This document shows, one piece after another, positions 20,951 to 29,117 of a stretch of DNA of 64,000 bases. Both the position numbers and the translations under genes were made by a program. Every line of letters starts with the position of its first letter. The stretch's first letter is position 1. The notes under the pieces were generated by a model, which was given only the letters and a program-made list of their open reading frames with translations, ran no database searches and was not told the origin of the DNA. The DNA is from Candidatus Sumerlaeales bacterium (GTDB taxonomy: Bacteria > Sumerlaeota > Sumerlaeia > Sumerlaeales > Sumerlaeaceae): the NCBI GenBank assembly GCA_038243585.1, contig JBBSQY010000005.1, positions 37,401 through 101,400 on the forward strand, read 5' to 3'.

Positions 20951-20987
20951 TTGCGGTCCTCGATGGTTAAACCGTCGAGGATCGCAA
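20951..20987. terminator. Stem-loop between the convergent lon and downstream gene
   Basis: 17-bp inverted repeat with two G-U pairs: TTGCGGTCCTCGATGGT-taa-ACCGTCGAGGATCGCAA. Confidence 0.65.
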
Positions 20988-21046
20988 TGCTCAGCGGGGT
21001 CGAAGATAACTCCTGTGGATTTATCCATCATCCCTAGAATCCCTGA

Positions 21047-22087
21047 CTACTGATTGGCAGACGGCAATTCTCCAGTAGCATAAGGAGACCTTCTGGTATT
21101 TTCCTTGCGCTTGCGCGCCGACTCAAGCAATTGTGCCAGGTTATTCTGCATCACTGCATCCACTGTAGAAGCTGATTGCGCTGCAACGCCGTTTACCATA
21201 ACAGGTTGACGTCCCGCTTCCCCATGAGACTTGACTGCCGTTCCCGGCTGACTTGTCAGCAGTCCACTCTGATTCAGAGGGGATTCGGCCACCATATCCA
21301 TTGCCGTGTTACTTCGCTGAGGACTAACCGTTCGCGTCACCACAGGGGATGCCGGCAATTGCATTTCTTTAACAGAAGGCGGATTTGCCGCGCGCGGTAT
21401 AACTGCAGCTTTGTCCTGTTTCGCCTCCGGCGTAACTCGCATAAAGTTTGCAGGGGGACGTGTGTTCTCAATATTACCTTGCGCTTTGCCTTGGGTTGCA
21501 TCAAGGTATTTTCGCTGAGCTTCAGCTATCGCTTGCTTCGCAACATCGCCAGTACCCTGCCGGCTTGTCACGCGTTGGCGAACTTGCGCCATGTTTTTTT
21601 GGTCGCTTAATTGATGAATCAGTGCCCTTGCGTGATCGGAAACCCCCCATTTTGACGGGTATTTCTTATCCACAACCTCTTGGGCGGCAGATAAAGCGAA
21701 TTGCCGGTTCTGTTCCATCTCGTCCGCAGTTGCACTCGCGCGCATCTTTCGATTGTAAATTTCCGCAAGAAGATAGTGATGAGCCGCGCACCGCTCTTTA
21801 TCAGTACTATCTGTCTGGAACACGTTATAAGCAACCTGCAGGGCTTCGTCATAACGCTCCCCACGCATCAATAGCTGACAAAGCTCCTGTTGCTTTAGAC
21901 AACGAGTTTCCGCGTCTGAACAGGCGAGCACGCCACTGGCGCATTTGTTAATCTGGTTTTGAAGCTGCTGCTCATGATAAGGGTTTAAGTTACGCCCGGA
22001 ACGAGCGCTCTCTGATGCTCCCTGCAGCGTCGTTACTGATCCTATTAACAGGAGTGCCATCCAACGATGTCCACTTAATATCATCAA
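21047..22087 (-). CDS. Hypothetical secreted protein with a TPR-like helical region
   Basis: Signal peptide, Cys-containing helical N-half (GERYDEAL, HYLLAEIY), low-complexity C-half. Confidence 0.6.
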   Translation of the reverse strand: MMILSGHRWMALLLIGSVTTLQGASESARSGRNLNPYHEQQLQNQINKCASGVLACSDAETRCLKQQELCQLLMRGERYDEALQVAYNVFQTDSTDKERCAAHHYLLAEIYNRKMRASATADEMEQNRQFALSAAQEVVDKKYPSKWGVSDHARALIHQLSDQKNMAQVRQRVTSRQGTGDVAKQAIAEAQRKYLDATQGKAQGNIENTRPPANFMRVTPEAKQDKAAVIPRAANPPSVKEMQLPASPVVTRTVSPQRSNTAMDMVAESPLNQSGLLTSQPGTAVKSHGEAGRQPVMVNGVAAQSASTVDAVMQNNLAQLLESARKRKENTRRSPYATGELPSANQ

Positions 22088-22111
22088 TATGCTTTCCCAT
22101 CTTCTACAATG

Positions 22112-23224
22112 TTACACAACGTTGAGGGGCAGGCAGATTGAAAACGTTGTCAATCTATTTGGTATGCTTTCCACACAAACAGTTCCCCGGTGCGCTTCGG
22201 CTATGGATTTCACCACGTAAGCGCCCAGGCCACTTCCCTCGATACTGCCTTGGGCCTGGCCACGTCTATACCGTTCAAAAATTTCGGGAATCTCACTTGC
22301 GCTAAGGCCTGCTCCCTCGTTAGAAACTGAAATGGCGATTCCTGCGACGTCACAGCCCTTATCCGCCGCCACCATAGCCGCCCTGGCTGAAATGGTAACG
22401 TCTGTGCCCTCCGGAGAGAATTTGCAGGCATTCGACAGCAAGTTGCCTACCGCCCGAAACAAAAGCCCCTCATCAGCCTCAAGGAGCGGCAGGTCATTTT
22501 CAATTTCGAGTCTAAGCCTAAGACGATGCCGATCTATCTCTACCTGAAAGGTAGTGGCCAGATCATGGATAAACAGTCCTACGTTCACATCGTCCAGGCA
22601 AAGATGGAGTTTCCCGGAATCAATCTTGTTAGTAGTGAGAAAATTGTCGATCAGCGAAAGAATCTTTAAGCCGCTTGAGTTGATGATTTTAACAAAATCC
22701 TCCGCACGAGGACTAATGCTGCCGCTCTCCTTCTCAAAAATCAAAGTGCTATATCCCAGGATCGATGAAAGCGGGATTTTTATATCATGGGTTAGCATAC
22801 AAAGCATATCTTCACGAAACCGTGCATGTTCGACTTCCTCGAAAACCCGCTTTAAGATATAGCCCATCTCCTCTTGCAAGCCAGGCCACACCACATAATC
22901 GCGCGCTCCCGCCCGAAGGCTGAGGATGGCGGATTCACAAGCGGCGCAAGAAGTTATAGCTATTACCGCAGTATTTTTAGGCGAATGCGCCGAACAGACA
23001 AAATCCAAACCACTCCCAGCTTCATCCGTTCGGATTAAAACCAGCGGGAAATCCCGCTGCTCAAACTGCTCTATGGCCGCCGCAAGGTCGGTCACCGTTT
23101 CCGGCGCATAACCCATCTCGCGCACAACAGTTTCTAAGTTGTCGTCTACCTCTGGGCGATCATAAATAAGCACCCTCTTAGGCGTACGTAAACAAACCCG
23201 GCTATCGGTTTCACGGTGCGACAT
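22112..23224 (-). CDS. Hybrid histidine kinase with an N-terminal degenerate receiver domain
   Basis: H-box LTHDIKIPL, N-box NLLSNACKF, G-boxes NEGAGL and GSGLG; receiver-like N-terminus lacks the conserved Asp and Lys. Confidence 0.85.
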   Translation of the reverse strand: MSHRETDSRVCLRTPKRVLIYDRPEVDDNLETVVREMGYAPETVTDLAAAIEQFEQRDFPLVLIRTDEAGSGLDFVCSAHSPKNTAVIAITSCAACESAILSLRAGARDYVVWPGLQEEMGYILKRVFEEVEHARFREDMLCMLTHDIKIPLSSILGYSTLIFEKESGSISPRAEDFVKIINSSGLKILSLIDNFLTTNKIDSGKLHLCLDDVNVGLFIHDLATTFQVEIDRHRLRLRLEIENDLPLLEADEGLLFRAVGNLLSNACKFSPEGTDVTISARAAMVAADKGCDVAGIAISVSNEGAGLSASEIPEIFERYRRGQAQGSIEGSGLGAYVVKSIAEAHRGTVCVESIPNRLTTFSICLPLNVV

Positions 23225-23317
23225 GCATTTATCTGACTTAGTCTAGCTGTCATTGCCAGTAAAATACGTATACCGCGCACTTTTTTTCCCGTTTATATAC
23301 ACGCGCCGATTGTTTCC

Positions 23318-23345
23318 TTGAATTACCGAAGCCCATAGGCATAAT
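23318..23345 (+). promoter_or_regulatory. Candidate sigma70 promoter for thrS
   Basis: TTGAAT-16 nt-CATAAT. Confidence 0.35.
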
Positions 23346-23480
23346 GGCAAATATCTAAAGCCGGAAAAGCGGGTTCGTATCCGCTAGTGACACTTGAGGT
23401 TCTGCGGATTCCTACTCTTTTTCGGCGTATCTGGCTAAGGAATGGTGAACTCGGTGTCGACAACGGCAGACGCGCAACAC

Positions 23481-25394
23481 ATGATCGAAGTGAAGCTTCC
23501 CGATGGTTCAACAAGGGAAGTGCCCGCGAACTCCACATTGATGGACCTTGCAAGAGAGATAGGTCCTGGCCTCGCGAAAGCTGCCCTAGGTGGGAAAATT
23601 AATGGCCAACTCGTAGATCTGAGCACACCGATCACTGAACCGTCCGATGTGCAACTGGTGACATGGCGCGATGACGAAGGCCGCGAAATGTTTCGCCACA
23701 CATCAACCCATATAATGGCTCAGGCTCTAAAGCGGATAATTCCCGACGCAAAATTGACGATTGGCCCTCCCCTTGCAGACAGCTTCTATTATGACTTCGA
23801 TGTAAAAGAACCGCTCACGCCTGAGATTCTTGAAAAAATTGAAGCCGAGATGGAAAAAATTGTCCAGGAAGGACTTGAACTCAGCCGCACGGAGATTTCC
23901 CGCGAGGAAGCCCTTAAGCTATTTACCGAGCAGGATGAACCGTATAAGTTGGAGTTGATTAACAACCTCCCCCCGGATGCCGTCATCTCTTGCTATCAAC
24001 AAGGCGAGTTTGTCGATCTTTGCCGCGGACCTCACGTTCCAAACACGTCATATATCAAGTCCGTTAAGCTACTCAACGTATCTGGTTGCTACTGGCGTGC
24101 CGATGCAAAAAACCAAGTTCTGCAGCGAGTCTACGGCACCAGTTTTCCAGACAAAAAACAACTGGCGGAACATCTTCGTATACTTGAAGAAGCAAAAAAA
24201 CGGGATCATCGCCGGATCGGCAAAGATTTGGACCTGTTCTCTTTTCAGGATGAGGGCCCCGGCTTTCCGTTCTTTCACCCAAATGGCATGGTCGTATATA
24301 ACGAGATTATTGAGTTTATCCGCTCAGAACTGGCAGCGCGAGATTACGTTGAGATCATGACACCCATGATTCTCAATGAAGAACTCTGGCACAAAAGCGG
24401 GCACTACGAGCATTACAAAGAAAATATGTACTTCACGGAAATAGACGAAGGTGAGTTTGCAGTAAAGCCGATGAACTGCCCCGGCTGTGCCCTTGTGTTT
24501 CGCAATGGCTTGCGCAGCTATCGTGAACTACCATTAAAGATGGCCGAATTCGGTCGAGTTCATCGCCATGAACTAAGCGGCGCTCTTCATGGACTTTTCC
24601 GCGTCCGCAGCTTCACCCAGGACGATGCCCATATCTTCTGCACCCCGGATCAGTTAGAAGCCGCGGTCACTGAGGCAATTGAATTAATTCAGCGGGTCTA
24701 CGAAGTATTCGGGTTTAAAGATTATCACATGGAACTGTCTACTCGCCCGGAAAAGAGCATTGGGTCTGAGGAAATGTGGAGCAATGCAACAGCTTCACTT
24801 CAGAACTCTCTGGAAAAACTCGATGTAAAATTTAAAATGAACCCGGGCGATGGCGCATTCTACGGCCCCAAGATTGACTTTCACGTCAAAGACTGTCTCA
24901 ACAGGACATGGCAGTGCGGAACAATCCAAGTCGATTTTTCAATGCCAGAGCGATTCGACCTGAATTACGTTGGTCCTGACGGACTTAAGCACCGCCCAGT
25001 CATGGTCCATCGGGCAGTGGTCGGATCCCTGGAGCGTTTTATTGGCGTTTTGATCGAACACACCGCTGGTAATTTCCCAACATGGCTGGCCCCAATGCAG
25101 GTGGTGGTGCTGCCAATTTCTGAAAAGAGTCTGGAATATGGTAGAACTATTCTGGGATCTCTTAAAAGCAAGGGAATCCGTGCGAGTCTTGACGAATCCG
25201 AAGATAAAATCAGTGCCAAGATTAGAAACTCGGAACTGAAAAAGATCCCGTACATGCTGATTGTTGGTGAAAAAGAAGCAGCGGCGGGAACTATTGGCGT
25301 TCGTCGTCATGGCAAAGGCGATTTAGGAGCACAAAATAGCGAAGAATTCTTTGTTTCTCTGCAACGGGAAATTACCGAACGTCGTCGTGACTGA
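23481..25394 (+). CDS. thrS: Threonyl-tRNA synthetase
   Basis: TGS domain, RHTSTH, DLCRGPH, RDHR, KPMNCP, GAFYGPK, WQCGTIQ and HRA..GS.ERF; start may be 23442 or 23481. Confidence 0.97.
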   Translation: MIEVKLPDGSTREVPANSTLMDLAREIGPGLAKAALGGKINGQLVDLSTPITEPSDVQLVTWRDDEGREMFRHTSTHIMAQALKRIIPDAKLTIGPPLADSFYYDFDVKEPLTPEILEKIEAEMEKIVQEGLELSRTEISREEALKLFTEQDEPYKLELINNLPPDAVISCYQQGEFVDLCRGPHVPNTSYIKSVKLLNVSGCYWRADAKNQVLQRVYGTSFPDKKQLAEHLRILEEAKKRDHRRIGKDLDLFSFQDEGPGFPFFHPNGMVVYNEIIEFIRSELAARDYVEIMTPMILNEELWHKSGHYEHYKENMYFTEIDEGEFAVKPMNCPGCALVFRNGLRSYRELPLKMAEFGRVHRHELSGALHGLFRVRSFTQDDAHIFCTPDQLEAAVTEAIELIQRVYEVFGFKDYHMELSTRPEKSIGSEEMWSNATASLQNSLEKLDVKFKMNPGDGAFYGPKIDFHVKDCLNRTWQCGTIQVDFSMPERFDLNYVGPDGLKHRPVMVHRAVVGSLERFIGVLIEHTAGNFPTWLAPMQVVVLPISEKSLEYGRTILGSLKSKGIRASLDESEDKISAKIRNSELKKIPYMLIVGEKEAAAGTIGVRRHGKGDLGAQNSEEFFVSLQREITERRRD

Positions 25395-25432
25395 TGAAAT
25401 TAACAGATTTTCAATAGCCAATTAGAGCAAAA

Positions 25433-25479
25433 GTTGCTGCCATGAGAGGCGTGATTATAATGCCTCTCATGGCAGCAGC
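25433..25479. terminator. Long stem-loop after thrS
   Basis: 20-bp inverted repeat with two wobbles: GTTGCTGCCATGAGAGGCGT-7 nt-ATGCCTCTCATGGCAGCAGC. Confidence 0.65.
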
Positions 25480-25520
25480 AGCAGCACTAAAAAAAAAATT
25501 AACTACAATGAGGCTTCCAT

Positions 25521-25534
25521 AGAACAAACGTTCT
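25521..25534. promoter_or_regulatory. Putative LexA operator (GAAC-N4-GTTC type)
   Basis: AGAACAAACGTTCT lies at the expected -35 position of TATAAT (25551-25556), upstream of a DNA-repair-like operon. Confidence 0.65.
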
Positions 25535-25577
25535 TGAGCAAAATAGTACCTATAATGTTTATAGGTGCAATTTGATA

Positions 25578-26822
25578 ATGGACGTTCAGGCCAAACTTGC
25601 CATACTTGCAGATGCAGCCAAATACGACGCGTCTTGTGCTAGTAGCGGTGTAAAACGTAAGAATGTGGGTGGGTTGGGCAATTCTGACGGCACTGGAATT
25701 TGTCACAGCTACACGCCCGATGGGCGGTGTGTGTCACTGCTAAAAATCCTACTTACAAATTTTTGCATCTACGACTGTGCCTACTGCATTAACCGAGTAT
25801 CCAGTAACGTTCAACGAGCAAAATTTTCCGCTGCTGATGTCGTCAATCTGACCTTAGAATTTTACCGCAGAAATTATATTGAAGGTTTATTTCTAAGCAG
25901 TGGGGTAATTGGGTCTCCTGATGCAACCATGGAAGAAATGGTTAAAGCTGCTCGATGCCTTCGCGAGGATCACAAATTTGGAGGCTACATCCACCTGAAG
26001 GCCGTTGCCGGGTGTAGCCCGGAATTGGTAGCTAAGGCTGGCTTATATGCGGATCGGTTGAGCGCAAACATTGAAATGCCGCGACAGTCCGACTTGGATG
26101 CGCTGGCTCCGGCTAAAAATTTCGTAGAAATCGAAGCAGGAATGACGCGAATTAAAACTGAAATCTTACAAGCCAAAGATAACGCAAAAACGTTAAGAGC
26201 TTCTAAGCCCCCATCATACGCTCCCGCCGGTCAAAGTACGCAGATGATTGTCGGCGCCACTTCAAGCACTGATTCCGATATTTTGGGCACCTCTTCCAGG
26301 CTTTATCAAACCCACAATCTGCGCAGAGTTTATTATACTGCGTTTAGCCCAATTCCAGATAGTGACCCTCGACTACCAATGCAAACTCCGCCGCTCCTGC
26401 GAGAGCATCGCCTTTACCAGGCAGACTGGCTATTGCGTTTTTACGGATTTAAAAAAGAGGAACTTTTCACTCAGGATAAACAAAACCTTAATCCAGACAT
26501 GACACCTAAATTAGCTTGGGCTTTGCGTCATCTGGAACTTTTCCCCGTTGACGTTAACCGTTGCTCAAGAGAGATGCTTTTGCGCGTACCCGGTATTGGC
26601 GTACGTAACAGCGATCGAATTTTAATCCTTCGTCGTCACCAGAAACTGCGCCTCGACGATCTCAGAAAGTTAAGGGTTAATTTAAGCGAGGCCCGATTCT
26701 TTATCACTACAGCCGACGGCATTGCTTCTACTCGCCCGCTCGACAAGCCTGGTCTGTTGTCGTACTTTAAACCGCCTCCTGTTCAGTTGACTCTGTTTTC
26801 AAGCCTGAGCGGGGAAGTTTAA
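25578..26822 (+). CDS. Putative DNA modification/repair radical SAM protein with C-terminal HhH (TIGR03916-like)
   Basis: AAKYDASC, GICHSYTPDGRC, CxxxCxxC (CIYDCAYC), GQSTQ, REHRLYQADWL and LLRVPGIG HhH. Confidence 0.92.
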   Translation: MDVQAKLAILADAAKYDASCASSGVKRKNVGGLGNSDGTGICHSYTPDGRCVSLLKILLTNFCIYDCAYCINRVSSNVQRAKFSAADVVNLTLEFYRRNYIEGLFLSSGVIGSPDATMEEMVKAARCLREDHKFGGYIHLKAVAGCSPELVAKAGLYADRLSANIEMPRQSDLDALAPAKNFVEIEAGMTRIKTEILQAKDNAKTLRASKPPSYAPAGQSTQMIVGATSSTDSDILGTSSRLYQTHNLRRVYYTAFSPIPDSDPRLPMQTPPLLREHRLYQADWLLRFYGFKKEELFTQDKQNLNPDMTPKLAWALRHLELFPVDVNRCSREMLLRVPGIGVRNSDRILILRRHQKLRLDDLRKLRVNLSEARFFITTADGIASTRPLDKPGLLSYFKPPPVQLTLFSSLSGEV

Positions 26823-28228
26823 TGCACGTCTGCGCTGCACCCACTTTTGATGCGTGGGTCTCGCAATGCAGAGATCTGGTTCGATCCGGAGCCTCTCCGG
26901 ATGAAATTTTTTGGCATGACATGTCAGCAAATTTGCCTACTGATCTTTTTGCCAGCGAAAGTGTGAGCAAGCTTCCCACAAATGCGCCACCTATAACTTT
27001 CACTGTACCTAGAGGCTTTAGGGATTTGGCGCATGCTGTTTTCCACCACCGCTCTCCCGACCGCCTCTATCTACTTTATTGCGCGTTGTGGCGCATCGTA
27101 AACGGCGAAAGGCTTTTGCTCGAAAAATTGACTGATCCCGTAGTTCATCCTCTTTACATTATGAAAAAGCAGGTCACCCGCGACGCTCATAAAATGAAGG
27201 CTTTTGTGCGATTTCGCCGCGTCGTGAAGGGCGAAACCGATTGGTATGTTGCCTGGCATCGTCCCGACCATCCGATAATCAGGTACACAGCATCGTTTTT
27301 TAAAGAACGGTTCACTAATATGAATTGGTCGGTTCTTACCCCGGACGAGTCCGTACACTGGAATCAGATTGCTCTTACGTTCAGTCCCGGTGTTGCCAAG
27401 GATCCTGTCCATGTTGACTTGATAGAAGAATTATGGCGCACTTATTACGCCAGCGTGTTCAATCCTGCCAGGCTAAAAATTAAAGCCATGAAAACAGAAA
27501 TGCCCGTACGTTATTGGAAAACGCTACCGGAGGCGACAATTATACCTGATCTTATCGCAGCGAGTGAAGGTCGTACTGCGGCAATGCTCGAAGTGAATCA
27601 GCAAAATGCTTCTCAATATATTCCGCCAAACCCTACCATTAATATCCTTAGAGAAACCGTAAACAGTTGTCGGGGCTGCCCGCTTTTTCATGGAACGACC
27701 CAGGCGGTATGCAGCGAGGGCCCTGCCGATTCTCCATTGGTTCTGATTGGAGAACAGCCAGGCAATGAGGAAGACATTAACGGCCAGCCATTTACAGGGC
27801 CAGCTGGTCAGATATTAAACCGTGCGCTTCATGATGCCGGCATTGATCGAGATTTACTGTATATTACTGAAGCCGTAAAACACTTTAAACATGAAATGCG
27901 CAACGGCCGGCGGTATCACCGCAGTCCGTCCGCTACTGATGTAGCAGCCTGTCGGCCCTGGCTTCTTGCGGAAATGGAAATTGTAAAACCTAAAGTTCTG
28001 GTATGCCTCGGAGTCAGCGCGGCACACAGCGTCATTGGTAAAAAAGTTAGTCTAAGTTCCACGCGCGACCAAATAATTTCTACTCCCATATGCGAAACAA
28101 CTATCGTTACAACTCACCCCGCAGCTGTCCTTCGTCACCCTGACTCAACCCACCGCGAAGCTGCTTACCTCACGCTTGTGACGGACCTCAAACGTGCTTC
28201 TGCCATAGCTTTCAATGTTCCCACTTAA
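26822..28228 (+). CDS. DUF4130 (TIGR03915-like) fused to a UdgX-type uracil-DNA glycosylase domain
   Basis: HKMKAFVRF, W..YYASVFNPARL and EMPVRYWK; then CRGC, GEQPG, PF.GPAG, AVKHFK...RRYH, CRPWL and HP; TAATG coupling. Confidence 0.9.
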   Translation: MHVCAAPTFDAWVSQCRDLVRSGASPDEIFWHDMSANLPTDLFASESVSKLPTNAPPITFTVPRGFRDLAHAVFHHRSPDRLYLLYCALWRIVNGERLLLEKLTDPVVHPLYIMKKQVTRDAHKMKAFVRFRRVVKGETDWYVAWHRPDHPIIRYTASFFKERFTNMNWSVLTPDESVHWNQIALTFSPGVAKDPVHVDLIEELWRTYYASVFNPARLKIKAMKTEMPVRYWKTLPEATIIPDLIAASEGRTAAMLEVNQQNASQYIPPNPTINILRETVNSCRGCPLFHGTTQAVCSEGPADSPLVLIGEQPGNEEDINGQPFTGPAGQILNRALHDAGIDRDLLYITEAVKHFKHEMRNGRRYHRSPSATDVAACRPWLLAEMEIVKPKVLVCLGVSAAHSVIGKKVSLSSTRDQIISTPICETTIVTTHPAAVLRHPDSTHREAAYLTLVTDLKRASAIAFNVPT

Positions 28229-28270
28229 CAGTTTCATTGGTATATACTGGTGATACTTGAGCTTGTAAAT

Positions 28271-29011
28271 TTATACCTGCTCCTTATCCAGACACTCTCC
28301 CAGCGGCCCTAAGAGCTGCGGGAAGAATTTAGGAACTTCGCTCTGACATAGAACAACCTTCCCGGTAACAGGGTGAGGAAACTCAACTTGGTAAGCGTGT
28401 AATGCCAGGCGGCTATGCACATCCTTATCCAGCCCGTACTTCTTATCCCCAACCACGGGGAACCCATTTTCCGCGCAGTGGACGCGTATTTGATTTTTGC
28501 GACCAGTATACAGATGAATTTCTAGCAATGAAAAGGCCTGAGTTCGCTTTAATACTTTATAATCGGTACGCGAGAGCCGCCCCAGCGACTGGTCTGTCGT
28601 AGAATATACTCGCTGAGCATCGTTCTCCGCTAGATAACTTACTATAGAATCGGCAGTGGCAGGGGTACGGCCATGAACGACCGCCAGATAAACCTTGCGA
28701 GTTTCCTCCCATCGATCCTGGAGGCGGTGTTTCGCTTCTTCGCTTTTAGCGAAAATTAGAACTCCGGACGTGTCGCGATCCAAGCGGTGTACAATAAAAA
28801 TTCGATTTCGCGATTTTGAACTGCCCTTGCGCACATAATCGGTCATTGCATAATATGCGGTTTTAACTCGTTCCCGCTCAGAAGCCATTGTCAGCAATCC
28901 CCCGGGCTTATCCACCAAAAGCAGATCCCGGTCTTCATGAAGGATTTTTAAACCCAAAGGCAACTGCCTGGGGCGTCGCGATTTTTTAAAGCTCGAAAGT
29001 TCTTCAGTCAA
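28271..29011 (-). CDS. RluA-family RNA pseudouridine synthase
   Basis: VDKPGGL, HRLDRDTSG, TGRKNQIRVH, GDKKYG and LHA; true start probably TTG 29011 because the track's 5' extension overlaps the next gene. Confidence 0.9.
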   Translation of the reverse strand: MTEELSSFKKSRRPRQLPLGLKILHEDRDLLLVDKPGGLLTMASERERVKTAYYAMTDYVRKGSSKSRNRIFIVHRLDRDTSGVLIFAKSEEAKHRLQDRWEETRKVYLAVVHGRTPATADSIVSYLAENDAQRVYSTTDQSLGRLSRTDYKVLKRTQAFSLLEIHLYTGRKNQIRVHCAENGFPVVGDKKYGLDKDVHSRLALHAYQVEFPHPVTGKVVLCQSEVPKFFPQLLGPLGECLDKEQV

Positions 29012-29117
29012 TATGGCTACCCCGATTGTTCCGTACAATAATAATTGGAAAGCATTGACTAAGCATCGCCCTGCAATTCTCTGACTTTCATTAGATTCTT
29101 CCAAATTGGACTGCGCT

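Noticed and set aside
23330..23480. T-box riboswitch upstream of thrS
   Set aside because: No AGGGTGGNACCGCG T-box motif, no terminator, and the leader is too short.
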